A stretch of 63,985 bases of DNA, the filler included, from an uncultured bacterium (GTDB taxonomy: Bacteria > CAYJOG01): the NCBI GenBank assembly GCA_964371695.1. It is 4 parts of 4 records of this genome, joined end to end, with 100 filler letters (N's around TTAATTAATTAA, not from the genome) between each part and the next. Parts side by side here need not be neighbours in the genome. Positions count along the whole stretch, not along the records: positions 17,931 to 35,546 come from CAYJOG010000011.1; positions 35,647 to 52,528 come from CAYJOG010000012.1; 2 more parts are not named here. One strand, written 5' to 3'. Made by a program: the position numbers and the translations under genes. The notes under the pieces are model-generated. The model was not told the origin of the DNA and did not search any database. It saw only the letters and a list, made by a program, of their open reading frames with translations. The stretch's first letter is position 1, and each line of letters opens with the position of its first letter. Shown one piece after another: positions 27,111-37,895 of this stretch.

Positions 27111-28888
27111 CGCGGAAGCCAGGGCTTTTCGGGGGAAAAAGAATCCTCGGCCAAGGCAACGAAAAATCCAGGAGCCACGGGCCATGGATGGCCGTCCTAT
27201 TCATGCTTGGCCTTTATGGCTGCGGCGGTGGCGGCAGCACGCAGGACGTGAAAAACCCCAACCGCACGTTGATGCTGACGAGCGCCAGCACCAGCACTTT
27301 TCCCAACGGCAGTTTTCCCAAGGCCATGGTGGTGGCCAAAAACGAACTGTGGGTCACCAATCAATACAGCAAGCTGGTGGTGGCGAGCGCCGACCTGGAC
27401 ACCATGCCCGACACCGATGGCGACCAGCACCCCGACCTGTGCGAGTTTCTCAAAAACAGCGACCCCGACGACGCAGGCAGCACCCCCCCGCCCCTGGGGG
27501 CAGACCCCACACCAGCGGGCAACTGCGGCGACATCGCCTTCAGCCGCGTGACGGTGCTGGACGCGGGCACCCTGGCGGTGCTGGGACAGGTGGACGTGCC
27601 CCGCGAAGCCAATTACATCGCCAGCGACGGTGAGAACATTTATGTCACCCACGCCCGCGAGGGCTGGCTCACCAAGATTGACCGCGCCGCCCGCAAAATC
27701 CTCACCACCAAACGCATTGACACCAGCGGCCTTGGCCCCCTCAATGAAATCGTCTATGACACGACCCGCGACAGCCTCTATACCCTGGTGAGCACCATTG
27801 ACACCGGCAAACCCAAAAGCCTCAGCCAGTTCATCAGCATCAGCAACGTGAGCGCCGTGGGCAAAAACGGAACCTTCACCACCACCAAGCTGGAGATTCC
27901 CCCCGCGCAGAACCTCACCCGTCGCGTGCCCGCCCTGGCGCTGAACGAGACCGAGGGCAAGGTGTATGTGGCCGCCTTTGACCAGAAACGCATTTATCAG
28001 ATTGACGTGACGCTGCCCACGCCGGATTTCGCCAAAGAAGTCAGCAGCATCAAGGGCAGCCGCGCCGACATCAAGGATGTGGTCGGTGACGACGCCAAAA
28101 TCACGCTGGACACCGACATGATTCCCTTAAGCGCCGCCACGGCGCTCAAGTTCAAGGACAAAACCTTCAACTTCGACCCCACCTTCAAAAACACCGACAC
28201 CGCAGGCACCAGCACATTGCAGGCCCACGTGGCGGTGTTGCTGGACACCAACGGCGACGGCACGGACGACCGCACCTATCACGGCGTGCTGGACCTGGAA
28301 AAGGGTGAACTGACGTTTTATGACTTCGTGACCACCAGCAGCGGAAAAACCACGGTGGAAGACGCCGACAAGATCCGCGAGCCGGTGCAATACAAGGGCG
28401 AGCGCATCCTGGCCAAGGATTACACCATCGAGGGCACGCTCATCGTGACCTTCAACAAAGACCTGGAAGCCCCCGCAGGCCTGCAACTGTTCCAGCACGG
28501 GGGCGACAACTATCTGGGGGTGCTGTATTCGGAGGTGGACAAACTCTCGCTGGTAAAAATTGCGCCGGGCACCAGTCTGAGCACCGCCAGCCGATTTGGT
28601 GTGCTCACCGCCACGGGGGATTTTCCCCAGGACATGGGGGTGTTCGACGGCTACCCCTCTGCCAACGGGGCGCGGGTTTATGTCACCAACCGCAACGACA
28701 ACACGCTGGTGAGTTACGACGTGGATTTCACACAAACCGCCAGCAGCACACTGGCCATACAGGAGTTGCAGCGGGACGCCTTTGGCGACCGCCCCTGGGA
28801 GTTGCTCACCGCCGGTGGCGACGCACGGCGGTTTTTTATGACCCTTCACGGCGCCAACACCGTGGCGCTGTTTGAGAATGTGCGGTAG
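27107..28888 (+). CDS. Lipoprotein with YVTN-type beta-propeller
   Basis: Lipobox LYGC then Gly linker; WVTN, YVTH, YVAA, YVTN blades; DxDGD motifs; ATGA overlap with the upstream gene (alternative start 27188). Confidence 0.7.
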   Translation: MTRKPGLFGGKRILGQGNEKSRSHGPWMAVLFMLGLYGCGGGGSTQDVKNPNRTLMLTSASTSTFPNGSFPKAMVVAKNELWVTNQYSKLVVASADLDTMPDTDGDQHPDLCEFLKNSDPDDAGSTPPPLGADPTPAGNCGDIAFSRVTVLDAGTLAVLGQVDVPREANYIASDGENIYVTHAREGWLTKIDRAARKILTTKRIDTSGLGPLNEIVYDTTRDSLYTLVSTIDTGKPKSLSQFISISNVSAVGKNGTFTTTKLEIPPAQNLTRRVPALALNETEGKVYVAAFDQKRIYQIDVTLPTPDFAKEVSSIKGSRADIKDVVGDDAKITLDTDMIPLSAATALKFKDKTFNFDPTFKNTDTAGTSTLQAHVAVLLDTNGDGTDDRTYHGVLDLEKGELTFYDFVTTSSGKTTVEDADKIREPVQYKGERILAKDYTIEGTLIVTFNKDLEAPAGLQLFQHGGDNYLGVLYSEVDKLSLVKIAPGTSLSTASRFGVLTATGDFPQDMGVFDGYPSANGARVYVTNRNDNTLVSYDVDFTQTASSTLAIQELQRDAFGDRPWELLTAGGDARRFFMTLHGANTVALFENVR

Positions 28889-28935
28889 GAAAGAGAGAAA
28901 CGCGAGCCTTTGGCGTATGCTCTTTTTGAAGCAAA

Positions 28936-29898
28936 ATGGCTGAACCAAAGCTCAACAAAAATCCGGCTACACCCAAAAAGGGTGCCGGGCGAGGCGTTTC
29001 ACCCATTTATCTTGAAAAGGCTGATCAACCAGAAATATCAGATAATGTTTTTTTACGATTTCGTGGAGATCGAAAAATTGCCTTCGGGTGGTATGGTGGG
29101 AAATATTCGCACCTTGATTGGCTGCTGCCGTTGCTTCCCAAATGCCATCATTACTGTGAGCCGTTCTCAGGCTCAGCGGCTGTTTTACTGAACCGAGAGC
29201 CGTCTCCAGTCGAAACATACAACGACATTGATGGGGAAGTGGTTAACTTCTTCCGCGTCCTACGGGATCAGCATGAGGTGCTTATCCGCGCCATTGCCCT
29301 GACTCCTTTTGCCAGAGAGGAGTATTACCACGCAATCAATGCACCCACCTTGGGTGTTGACGAAGTTGAGCGTGCCCGGCGATTCTATATCCGTGCGCGA
29401 CAAACCCGCACCGGCTTGGCTCAAACCGCGTCGCTTGGCCGTTGGGCTAATTGCAAGGATACAAGCAGAAGCGGCATGTCAGGGGTGGTGTCGCGCTGGC
29501 TGGGGGGCATCCATGCGCTCGACAGCATTGTTCAGCGGCTCATTCGTGTCCAAATCGAAAACCGTCCGGCAATGGATATCATTCGACTTTACGACAGTCA
29601 GACCACCTTGTTTTACTGTGACCCACCATACCTTCACGCCACCAGGGGAGATTCCAAAGCCTATGGATTTGAAATGGATGAAATTCAACATCGGGAATTG
29701 GCCGAAGTCTTGGGTGCCTGCAAAGGTTTGGTCGCTGTTTCTGGTTACGATCATCTGTTGATGGAAGAGTTGTATCCACCAAATTGCTGGCACAAAATAA
29801 TCGGCCCAAGCAAAACCATTCATTCCACCAAGGACTTACGCCAGGAAGTTCTTTGGACAAATTTCAAACCCTCAGGACAAGGATCCTTGTTCGAATGA
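28936..29898 (+). CDS. DNA adenine methyltransferase (D12/Dam-like)
   Basis: 'W.GGK', 'EPFSGS', 'YNDI', catalytic DPPY, 'EVLW.N'. Confidence 0.9.
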   Translation: MAEPKLNKNPATPKKGAGRGVSPIYLEKADQPEISDNVFLRFRGDRKIAFGWYGGKYSHLDWLLPLLPKCHHYCEPFSGSAAVLLNREPSPVETYNDIDGEVVNFFRVLRDQHEVLIRAIALTPFAREEYYHAINAPTLGVDEVERARRFYIRARQTRTGLAQTASLGRWANCKDTSRSGMSGVVSRWLGGIHALDSIVQRLIRVQIENRPAMDIIRLYDSQTTLFYCDPPYLHATRGDSKAYGFEMDEIQHRELAEVLGACKGLVAVSGYDHLLMEELYPPNCWHKIIGPSKTIHSTKDLRQEVLWTNFKPSGQGSLFE

Positions 29899-31034
29899 AT
29901 TCTCCCCAAAAGCACTCCCCTCAAGAAACCCTCCAGGACATCTACCTCAGGGCAACTTCAGCAACCGAGGAAACAGCTATTTCCGATGCTGCTGCTCGCG
30001 AGCGGGTGGAATATGTGTGCCGATGTACAAGTAATCGGGCGGGCGTACGACTGCTCATGGCCTGCCTCCTGGCAAAGCTGGACAATCCTTCTGTTGACCC
30101 TCGCAAGCCCTACACGGAAATCGGCACACCAGACAGCTTCTCAGGCCGCACCTATGACGAACAGTACCTGTCTGCCTTCATTAATTCGCAGCATTTGCCC
30201 TGCAATCAGACCACTGCTTTTCTTACGCCGACATTTCGAAACATCAGCGAAACCCTGTCGCCGGACAAAGAACTTGTCGGGCGTCCAAGGGAACTGTACA
30301 AAAAAACGCTCTTGCTTTTAGATGATGTGGCGGAGGGACGCATCAAGGCAGACATTTTGTTTGTGGAGGTAGTGCGCATATTGTTGCGCGTGCGTGATGA
30401 AAATCAATCTCGGTTGGGTTCACTCTTAAGTGCTGTTGAGCAGCCTAAGGGTGCATTACCCCTTTCCAGCGAGGCCATCATAACCCTCATCGGCCAGCAC
30501 TTGGCATGCAAAAATGCTAGTCGCTTGCCCGTATTGATCATGGCCGCAGCCTACAGGGCTGTCGGCGACCTCCTGGGAGAACAGGCGCTGGCGCTTTGTT
30601 CCCACAACGCCGCCGATCTTCAAACCGGTTCAATTGGCGATGTGGAAATCCGCTTGGCGGGCGATGATGCCGTCGTGACGGCGTATGAGATGAAAATGAA
30701 GCCAGTTACCATTCAAGATATTGATGCAGCGGTAAAAAAGATATTAAAGGCTGAATCACGCATTCAAAATTACATTTTTGTTACCACTTGCAGGATTGAT
30801 TCAGATGCCGCTGAATATGCCTGCCAGTTTTATGAGAAAACAGGGGGGACAGAAATCGTCATCTTGGATTGCCTTGGATTTCTAAAACATTTTTTGCACT
30901 TTTTTCATCGTCTACGGAGTGAGTTTTTGGATACTTATCAAGAACTGGTGGTAAATGAGCCAGATTCCGCAGTCCGACCAGCGCTCAAAGAGGCTTTTCT
31001 GGCATTGCGGCAAGCGGCTGAAACGGGTGATTAG
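29895..31034 (+). CDS. Putative type II restriction endonuclease (SacI-like, tentative)
   Basis: ATGA overlap with the MTase; PD-(D/E)xK-like 'GDVE...YEMK'; lower GC than the host. Confidence 0.6.
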   Translation: MNSPQKHSPQETLQDIYLRATSATEETAISDAAARERVEYVCRCTSNRAGVRLLMACLLAKLDNPSVDPRKPYTEIGTPDSFSGRTYDEQYLSAFINSQHLPCNQTTAFLTPTFRNISETLSPDKELVGRPRELYKKTLLLLDDVAEGRIKADILFVEVVRILLRVRDENQSRLGSLLSAVEQPKGALPLSSEAIITLIGQHLACKNASRLPVLIMAAAYRAVGDLLGEQALALCSHNAADLQTGSIGDVEIRLAGDDAVVTAYEMKMKPVTIQDIDAAVKKILKAESRIQNYIFVTTCRIDSDAAEYACQFYEKTGGTEIVILDCLGFLKHFLHFFHRLRSEFLDTYQELVVNEPDSAVRPALKEAFLALRQAAETGD

Positions 31035-32102
31035 ATGATTCCGCCTTCTTCTCCCAACCCCTGGCTTTCCATCCAGGATCTCGCCTGCGTGTTTCACGGC
31101 GGCGCGGGGCTGCATCCGTTTTCTCTGGAGGCGGGCGAGGGCGAGTTTGTGGTGGTGGTGGGGCCCTCAGGCTGTGGCAAGAGCACGCTGTTGCGCCTGC
31201 TGGCGGGTTTGCAGCCGCCGCAAAGCGGCCGCGTCACGCTGGGGGGGCGCGACATCACGGCCCTGCCGCCTCAGGGGCGCGACATCGCCATGGTGTTTCA
31301 GGACTACGCGCTTTATCCGCACCTCACCGTCAAGGGCAACCTGATGTTTCCGCTGCAAGCCCGGCGCACACCCAAAGCCGAGGCCGAAAAAAAGGTGGCC
31401 GACGTGGCGGCGCGCCTGGGTCTGGAACCGCTGCTGAAACAGTATCCCCGCACACTCAGCGGCGGCCAGCGCCAACGGGTGGCCGTGGGCCGGGCCTGGG
31501 TGCGCGCGCCGCGACTTTTTCTTTATGACGAACCCCTCAGCAATCTGGACGCCGCCCTGCGGGCCGAGCTGCGGCAGGAACTGCTGGAGCTGAAAAAAGC
31601 CCTGGGCGTCACGTCGCTTTACGTCACCCACGATCAGGTGGAAGCCCTCACGCTGGCCGACCGACTGGTGGTGCTGAAAAACGGCCAGACGTTGCAGGTG
31701 GGCCGCCCGCAGGAGGTTTATGAGCGCCCGGCCCACGCCTTTGTGGCGGGTTTTCTGGGACAGCCCCGCATGGTGCTGCTGCCGGTGCGCCGCGAGGGCG
31801 GGCGGCTTTTGCTTTGCCCGCCTGATCAGGCCGCGCTGCTGGCGGGTACACGGCCCGAACACTGGTTACCCGCCACCGGCGCTGAAGCACCGGATGGCCT
31901 GCACGTGCAGGCGGCGCTCACCCACCGCGAGTTTGTGGGAGCCACGGCGGTGCTCACGCTCTCGCCCCCCTTTGGCCTGCCATTTTTTGTCACCCGCCCA
32001 CCGGGCGAAGCCTCGCCGGAACAGGGCGGCTGGTTTGCCCCGGCGGACAAACTGCACCTGTTTGACGCAAGAACCCGCTTACGGCTTGAGCAGACTGAAT
32101 AA
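31035..32102 (+). CDS. MalK-type ABC transporter ATP-binding protein
   Basis: GPSGCGKS, '[10 protein letters not shown]', LSGGQRQR, 'DEPLSNLD', 'YVTHDQ.EA'. Confidence 0.9.
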   Translation: MIPPSSPNPWLSIQDLACVFHGGAGLHPFSLEAGEGEFVVVVGPSGCGKSTLLRLLAGLQPPQSGRVTLGGRDITALPPQGRDIAMVFQDYALYPHLTVKGNLMFPLQARRTPKAEAEKKVADVAARLGLEPLLKQYPRTLSGGQRQRVAVGRAWVRAPRLFLYDEPLSNLDAALRAELRQELLELKKALGVTSLYVTHDQVEALTLADRLVVLKNGQTLQVGRPQEVYERPAHAFVAGFLGQPRMVLLPVRREGGRLLLCPPDQAALLAGTRPEHWLPATGAEAPDGLHVQAALTHREFVGATAVLTLSPPFGLPFFVTRPPGEASPEQGGWFAPADKLHLFDARTRLRLEQTE

Positions 32103-32144
32103 GGCAAGTTAATTTTGTGTAAGTTTATGCACTCCAACATCGTT

Positions 32145-32170
32145 CCCTCTCCCCATTAAAGGGGAGAGGG
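32145..32170. repeat. CCCTCTCCC...GGGAGAGGG palindrome
   Basis: CCCTCTCCCC-ATTAAA-GGGGAGAGGG between convergent genes. Confidence 0.6.
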
Positions 32171-32245
32171 GGTAGATGGCGTTCTGTTGTTCGGGTGACG
32201 GGTACGACAAGGCGAAAAACCGTGCATAGACTTAAGAAAAATGAA

Positions 32246-33286
<1,041 letters not shown>

Positions 33287-34153
33287 TTAGCCCAGGGCTT
33301 TTTTGACGAGGCCAGGGATTTGATCGGTGGTGTCGGCGATGGGCACTTTGGCGTCCGTGAGCGCCGCCACCTTGGCCTGGGCCGTGCCCTTGTTGCCGCT
33401 CACGATGGCCCCGGCGTGGCCCATGCGTTTGCCCGGCGGCGCAGTGCGCCCGCTGATGAAGCCCACCACGGGTTTGCTCATGGTCTTGATGTATTCCGCG
33501 GCTTCTTCTTCGTCGCTGCCGCCGATCTCACCCACCATCACCACCACTTTGGTGGCGGGGTCTTTTTCAAAGGCCATGAGGCAGTCGATGAAGGTGCTGC
33601 CGATGATGGGGTCGCCGCCAATGCCCACGCAGGTGGTCTGCCCCAGGCCGTTCACGGTGAGTTCGTTCACGATTTCATAGGTGAGGGTGCCGCTGCGGCT
33701 GATCATGCCCACGGGGCCGGGGGTGAAGATGTTGCCCGGCATGATGCCGATTTTGCACTCACCCGGCGTAATCAGGCCCGGACAGTTGGGGCCGATCAGC
33801 ACCTGGCCGCGAGACTTCACCAAGTGAAACACCGGCACCATGTCCAACAGGGCGATGCCCTCGGTGATGCAGATGATCACCGGCAGTCCCGCGTCGCTGG
33901 CCTCCACAATGGCGTCGGGCGCAAAAGGCGGCGGCACAAAAATCACCGAGGCGTTCGCGCCGGTTTCTTTCACGGCCTGGGTCACGGTGTCGAACACCGG
34001 CACGCCCAGGGCCGATTGCCCCCCCTTGCCGGGCGTCACGCCCGCGACAAGATTGGTGCCATATTCCTTGCACAGACCGGCGTGAAAACCGCCCTCTTTG
34101 CCTGTGATGCCTTGCACCAGCAAGCGGGTGTTCTTGTCTACATAAATGCTCAT
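33287..34153 (-). CDS. sucD: Succinyl-CoA synthetase alpha subunit
   Basis: 'QGITG', 'GPNCPG', 'SRSGTLTYE', 'RMGHAGA'. Confidence 0.96.
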   Translation of the reverse strand: MSIYVDKNTRLLVQGITGKEGGFHAGLCKEYGTNLVAGVTPGKGGQSALGVPVFDTVTQAVKETGANASVIFVPPPFAPDAIVEASDAGLPVIICITEGIALLDMVPVFHLVKSRGQVLIGPNCPGLITPGECKIGIMPGNIFTPGPVGMISRSGTLTYEIVNELTVNGLGQTTCVGIGGDPIIGSTFIDCLMAFEKDPATKVVVMVGEIGGSDEEEAAEYIKTMSKPVVGFISGRTAPPGKRMGHAGAIVSGNKGTAQAKVAALTDAKVPIADTTDQIPGLVKKALG

Positions 34154-35298
34154 TTCGCGCCTCCGATCAGCGCCACAATGCGCTTGGCCGCGTCCAGCAT
34201 GGTGGCCTCGGTATAGACCCCGGCGGTGGCGTTTTCCTGAAGAATCTTGCGGCCTTCTTCTTCGTTGGTGCCGCTCAGGCGCACCACCACGGGCACGGTC
34301 ACGCCCAGGCTCTTGATGCCCTCCAGCAGGCCCTTGGCCACTTCGTCGCAGCGGGTGATGCCGCCAAAAATGTTGAACAGCACGCCTTTTACCTTCGGGT
34401 CTTTCAGCACGTGACCCAGGCTCTTTTTCACATGGTCGGCCTTGGCGCCGCCGCCAATGTCCAGAAAGTTGTTGGGCTTGCCCCCCACGCGGCTCACCAC
34501 GTCCAGGCTCGTCATCACCAGCCCCGCGCCGTTGCCAATGATGCCCACGTCGCCGTCGAGGTGAACATAGGTGATGCCCTCCTGCTGGGCGATGCGCTCC
34601 AGTTCGTCGTCGGCGCTGGCTTCAAACAGGTCTTCGAGATTTTTGTGGCGGAACATGGCGTTGTCGTCAATGTCCATTTTTGCGTCCAGCGCCTGCACCT
34701 TGCCCGCCTTGTTGATGATGAGCGGGTTGATCTCCACCAGCGTGCAGTCCAGGTCTTCATAAGCCTTGTAAAGCGCCCGGATGACCACGCCGAGATCCTT
34801 GTGCTGCGCGGCGGGAAAACCGCCGTCGAACAGGATGCGCCGCACGTGGCTGGCGGTGAGGCCCGTGGTGGGATGCACGTGCTGCTTCACGATTTTTTCG
34901 GGCGTGGCGACGGCGACTTCTTCGATGTCGATGCCCCCCGACATGCTGGCCATGATCACCGGCAACCGCGCGTCGCGGTCCATGGTCACCCCCAGATAAA
35001 TCTCCTGGGCGATGTCCGCCGTTTCGGTCACCAGCACTTTTTCCACCGTCAGGCCCTTGATCAACATGCCCAGGATGTGACTGGCTTTTTCTTTGGCTTC
35101 GGCGGCGTTCGCGGCGAGTTTCACGCCCCCCGCCTTGCCCCGGCCCCCGGCATGCACCTGGGCCTTGATGACCACCTGGCCCCCCAGGCGGCCCGCAATT
35201 TCCGCCGCCTGATCGGGCGTGGTGGCCACTTCGCCGGGCGGAATGTCGAAACCATAGGGGCGCAGCAGCTCCTTGGCCTGATACTCATGAATCTTCAA
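34150..35298 (-). CDS. sucC: Succinyl-CoA synthetase beta subunit
   Basis: 'MKIHEYQAK', '[13 protein letters not shown]', 'GNGAGL', 'NIFGGI.RCD'; AGGAGG RBS. Confidence 0.96.
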   Translation of the reverse strand: MKIHEYQAKELLRPYGFDIPPGEVATTPDQAAEIAGRLGGQVVIKAQVHAGGRGKAGGVKLAANAAEAKEKASHILGMLIKGLTVEKVLVTETADIAQEIYLGVTMDRDARLPVIMASMSGGIDIEEVAVATPEKIVKQHVHPTTGLTASHVRRILFDGGFPAAQHKDLGVVIRALYKAYEDLDCTLVEINPLIINKAGKVQALDAKMDIDDNAMFRHKNLEDLFEASADDELERIAQQEGITYVHLDGDVGIIGNGAGLVMTSLDVVSRVGGKPNNFLDIGGGAKADHVKKSLGHVLKDPKVKGVLFNIFGGITRCDEVAKGLLEGIKSLGVTVPVVVRLSGTNEEEGRKILQENATAGVYTEATMLDAAKRIVALIGGAK

Positions 35299-35388
35299 GG
35301 GGAAACCTCCTTAAGTAACAAAGGGTTTGTATGCTAGGGAAGAACCCTGGGCATGGCAACGAATGAAAGCAGATGCCCCGCGCGCCCC

Positions 35389-35422
35389 AGAACCTGTTCA
35401 TAAAGTCCGTCCTGGACTCTAT
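35389..35422. repeat. Element end shared with 43507-43540
   Basis: AGAACCTGTTCATAAAGTCCGTCCTGGACTCTAT versus reverse complement AGAGCCTGTTAATAAAGTCCCTCCTGGACTTTAT. Confidence 0.6.
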
Positions 35423-35479
35423 CAGTTCATTTTTCTGAAGTTTATGCGCGGTTTCCTGCCTTGTCGTGCCCTGGCTGGC

Positions 35480-35506
35480 GTCATTCCCGCGAAAGCGGGA
35501 ATCCAG
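35480..35506. repeat. ATTCCC-N8-GGGAAT (dRS3-like) repeat
   Basis: GTCATTCCCGCGAAAGCGGGAATCCAG, identical at 52232 and 62656. Confidence 0.85.
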
Positions 35507-35546
35507 TCAAAACATAAAACCAAAGGTTTTTGACCTTATTCATTAT

Positions 35547-35646
35547 NNNNNNNNNNNNNNNNNNNNNNNNNNNNNNNNNNNNNNNNNNNNTTAATTAATT
35601 AANNNNNNNNNNNNNNNNNNNNNNNNNNNNNNNNNNNNNNNNNNNN
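35547..35646. other. Artificial contig linker
   Basis: N44-TTAATTAATTAA-N44. Confidence 0.97.
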
Positions 35647-35689
35647 CCCCCCCCCCCCCCTATTTTGCCGGGGGGGGGGCCCCCCCCCC

Positions 35690-35915
35690 ACCTGACGTGG
35701 CGGGCGCAGCCCGCTGGGGTGATTCAACCTGTCAGGAACCGCTACACACTGGGGGTTCGGGGGTGAGGCGGGGTACTGCCAGAGCACATTGGTGCTCTGG
35801 CCCGCCGAACGGGCATCCATGAGTTCGAGCGGAGTCTTTCTGGGTGCCCCAATGGGCACCCAGCCGCGAGAAGGCGATAGCGGGGATGCCCTGGGGACCA
35901 GTCACCATGGATGGT
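35690..35915. ncRNA. Candidate structured non-coding RNA with complementary hairpin loops (family and strand unknown)
   Basis: Hairpins 35778-35801 and 35840-35863, enclosing stems, no convincing ORF. Confidence 0.35.
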
Positions 35916-36042
35916 AAATGGCTTTCATCTTCCTTTGTTCCCCCGCCAGAGGGAAACAAGAAACACCCGTGTTGGCAAGCATTTTTCAGGGGGATTTTTT
36001 ACAGGGCTATGTCCGGGGAAATCCCTGTGATAATTTCTGGCC

Positions 36043-37200
36043 ATGAGCACAACCGTCTACACGCATCCCGCCCAGCACGAAGACAAAATCATGCTGCGCC
36101 AGACCTACCGCAAGTTCGCCGACGAGGTGATCCGCCCCCGCGCCGCCGAGGTGGATGAAAAAGAAGAGTTCGCCCGCGACGTGTTCGACGGCCTGGCGGC
36201 GCTGGGCACCTTTGGCGTCACGGTGCATCCTGATTACGGCGGCAGCGGCGGAGATTATTTCGACTGGCTGGTGATTCTGGAGGAGGTCGCCCGTGCCTGC
36301 GGCAGCACGGCGCTCATCTGCAACGTGCAGGGCTGCCTGGGGCTTTACCCCGTGGCCGGGTTTGGCAGTGACGAGCAGAAAAAGGAATGGCTGCCGGGCA
36401 TATCGGCGGGCGAAAAAATCTGCGCTTTTGGTCTGACCGACCCTGGCAGCGGCAGCGACGTGGCGGGCATGAAAACCCACGCCAAAAAAGACGGTGACGA
36501 CTGGGTGATCAACGGATCGAAAAGTTACATCACCATGGGCAGCGCGGCAGACGTGATTGTGGTGTTTGCCGCCACCCAAGAGCGTGAGGTGAGCGCCTTT
36601 CTGGTGCCGCGGGGCGCAAAGGGCCTGGCCTATGGCAAGGATGAACTGAAGCTGGGCATGCGCGGCACCCTCACCAGCCAGTTGTTTTTTGAAGACCTGC
36701 GGGTGCCCGCCAGCGCCATGGTGGCCGAGCGGGGCAAGGGCATGCGCATTGCCATGAGCACGTTGGACAGGGGCCGCCTCACCATCAGCGCCCTGGCGCT
36801 GGGACTGGCCGAAGAAGCCCTCAAGCTGTCGGTGGCCTTTGCCAACGAACGCCTCAGTTTTGGCAAAACCATCGGCACCTATCAGGGCATCCAGTTCATG
36901 CTGGCGGAAATGTCCACCGAGCTGGCGGCGGGCCGCGCCCTGCTGGAGCGCGCCACCATGGCGTTCATCAATGGCGAGCCGTTCAGCCTGCTGGCGTCAC
37001 AGGCCAAGCTCAAATGCACCGAGGCCAGTGTGTGGGTGTGCGACCGGGCCATACAGGTGTTCGGGGGTTATGGTTACGTGCGGGAGTATCCGGTGGAGCG
37101 GCTGTGGCGCGACGCCCGGCTCACCACCATCGGCGAGGGCACCAGCGAGGTGCAGAAACTGGTGATTGCCCGCAACCTGGGCGTGGGGATGGGGGGATGA
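36043..37200 (+). CDS. Acyl-CoA dehydrogenase
   Basis: 'FGLTDPGSGSD', 'INGSKSYIT', 'Q.FGGYGY..EYP.ER..RDA....IGEGTSE'. Confidence 0.93.
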   Translation: MSTTVYTHPAQHEDKIMLRQTYRKFADEVIRPRAAEVDEKEEFARDVFDGLAALGTFGVTVHPDYGGSGGDYFDWLVILEEVARACGSTALICNVQGCLGLYPVAGFGSDEQKKEWLPGISAGEKICAFGLTDPGSGSDVAGMKTHAKKDGDDWVINGSKSYITMGSAADVIVVFAATQEREVSAFLVPRGAKGLAYGKDELKLGMRGTLTSQLFFEDLRVPASAMVAERGKGMRIAMSTLDRGRLTISALALGLAEEALKLSVAFANERLSFGKTIGTYQGIQFMLAEMSTELAAGRALLERATMAFINGEPFSLLASQAKLKCTEASVWVCDRAIQVFGGYGYVREYPVERLWRDARLTTIGEGTSEVQKLVIARNLGVGMGG

Positions 37201-37862
37201 GTTTTTCGGCATCGGCGCGGCTGATGGAAGAACTGACGCCGCTGCTGGCGCGCATTGAGCAGTTTGAGCTGGACAGGGAACCAAGCCTGGAAGGGCAGGG
37301 GCCGGAGCGTTCCCTTCCCCTTCTGAAAATGGCCCTGCGCAATGAACTGGAAGCCAGCGACATCGCCGCCCGGTGGCTGGCCGAGACTCCCGTGGCAGGT
37401 CTGAAGCTGGCCCTGGCGCGGCAGGTGGGTGATGAAGCCCGGCATTACGGCCTGATACAACACCGCCTGAAGGAACTGGGCCACGACACCACTTCTCACG
37501 ACCCCTGGGCCGAGGGGAAAAGTCCGCTTTATGTCTGGTTGTTGGATTTGAAGACCGACGCCGAGCGTGTGGCCGCCGGACCCTTTGCGCGTGAGGCCCT
37601 GGCCTGCGCCAAAAACCGCCAGTTCATCCGGGCCTGCCGCGCCTGGGGCGACACGGCCACCGCCCGTTTGTATGAAGAACAGATCAACCCCGACGAAGGC
37701 TTTCACCACGAACTGGGCAAAACCTGGGTGGACCGTCTGGTGCAGGATGAGGAGGCGTATCAGGCTGCCCTGGCGGCTGTGCGGGGAGTGCTGAAGGTGG
37801 CCGAAGAAGTGCAGGAAGTGTTGCAAGCCAAAAAGTGCCTCACCCACACGCCGGGATGTTGA
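37197..37862 (+). CDS. Ferritin-like diiron four-helix-bundle protein
   Basis: E...DEARH...E...DEGFH ligand pattern; ATGA overlap with the acyl-CoA dehydrogenase. Confidence 0.7.
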   Translation: MSFSASARLMEELTPLLARIEQFELDREPSLEGQGPERSLPLLKMALRNELEASDIAARWLAETPVAGLKLALARQVGDEARHYGLIQHRLKELGHDTTSHDPWAEGKSPLYVWLLDLKTDAERVAAGPFAREALACAKNRQFIRACRAWGDTATARLYEEQINPDEGFHHELGKTWVDRLVQDEEAYQAALAAVRGVLKVAEEVQEVLQAKKCLTHTPGC

Positions 37863-37895
37863 ATCCTTTTTGGGCGGATGCGATAAACTGGTCTC

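Noticed and set aside
22635-31034. Complete prophage (terminase, portal, methylase)
   Set aside because: No capsid, tail, integrase, lysis genes or att sites; the intervening genes are host-type secreted proteins.
35647-35690. Poly-C/poly-G tracts as a phase-variation or G-quadruplex element
   Set aside because: They lie at the extreme contig end, where base calls and homopolymer lengths are unreliable.
35732-35959. 75-aa minus-strand ORF over the structured region
   Set aside because: No motif and atypical composition; the base-pairing pattern explains the region better.
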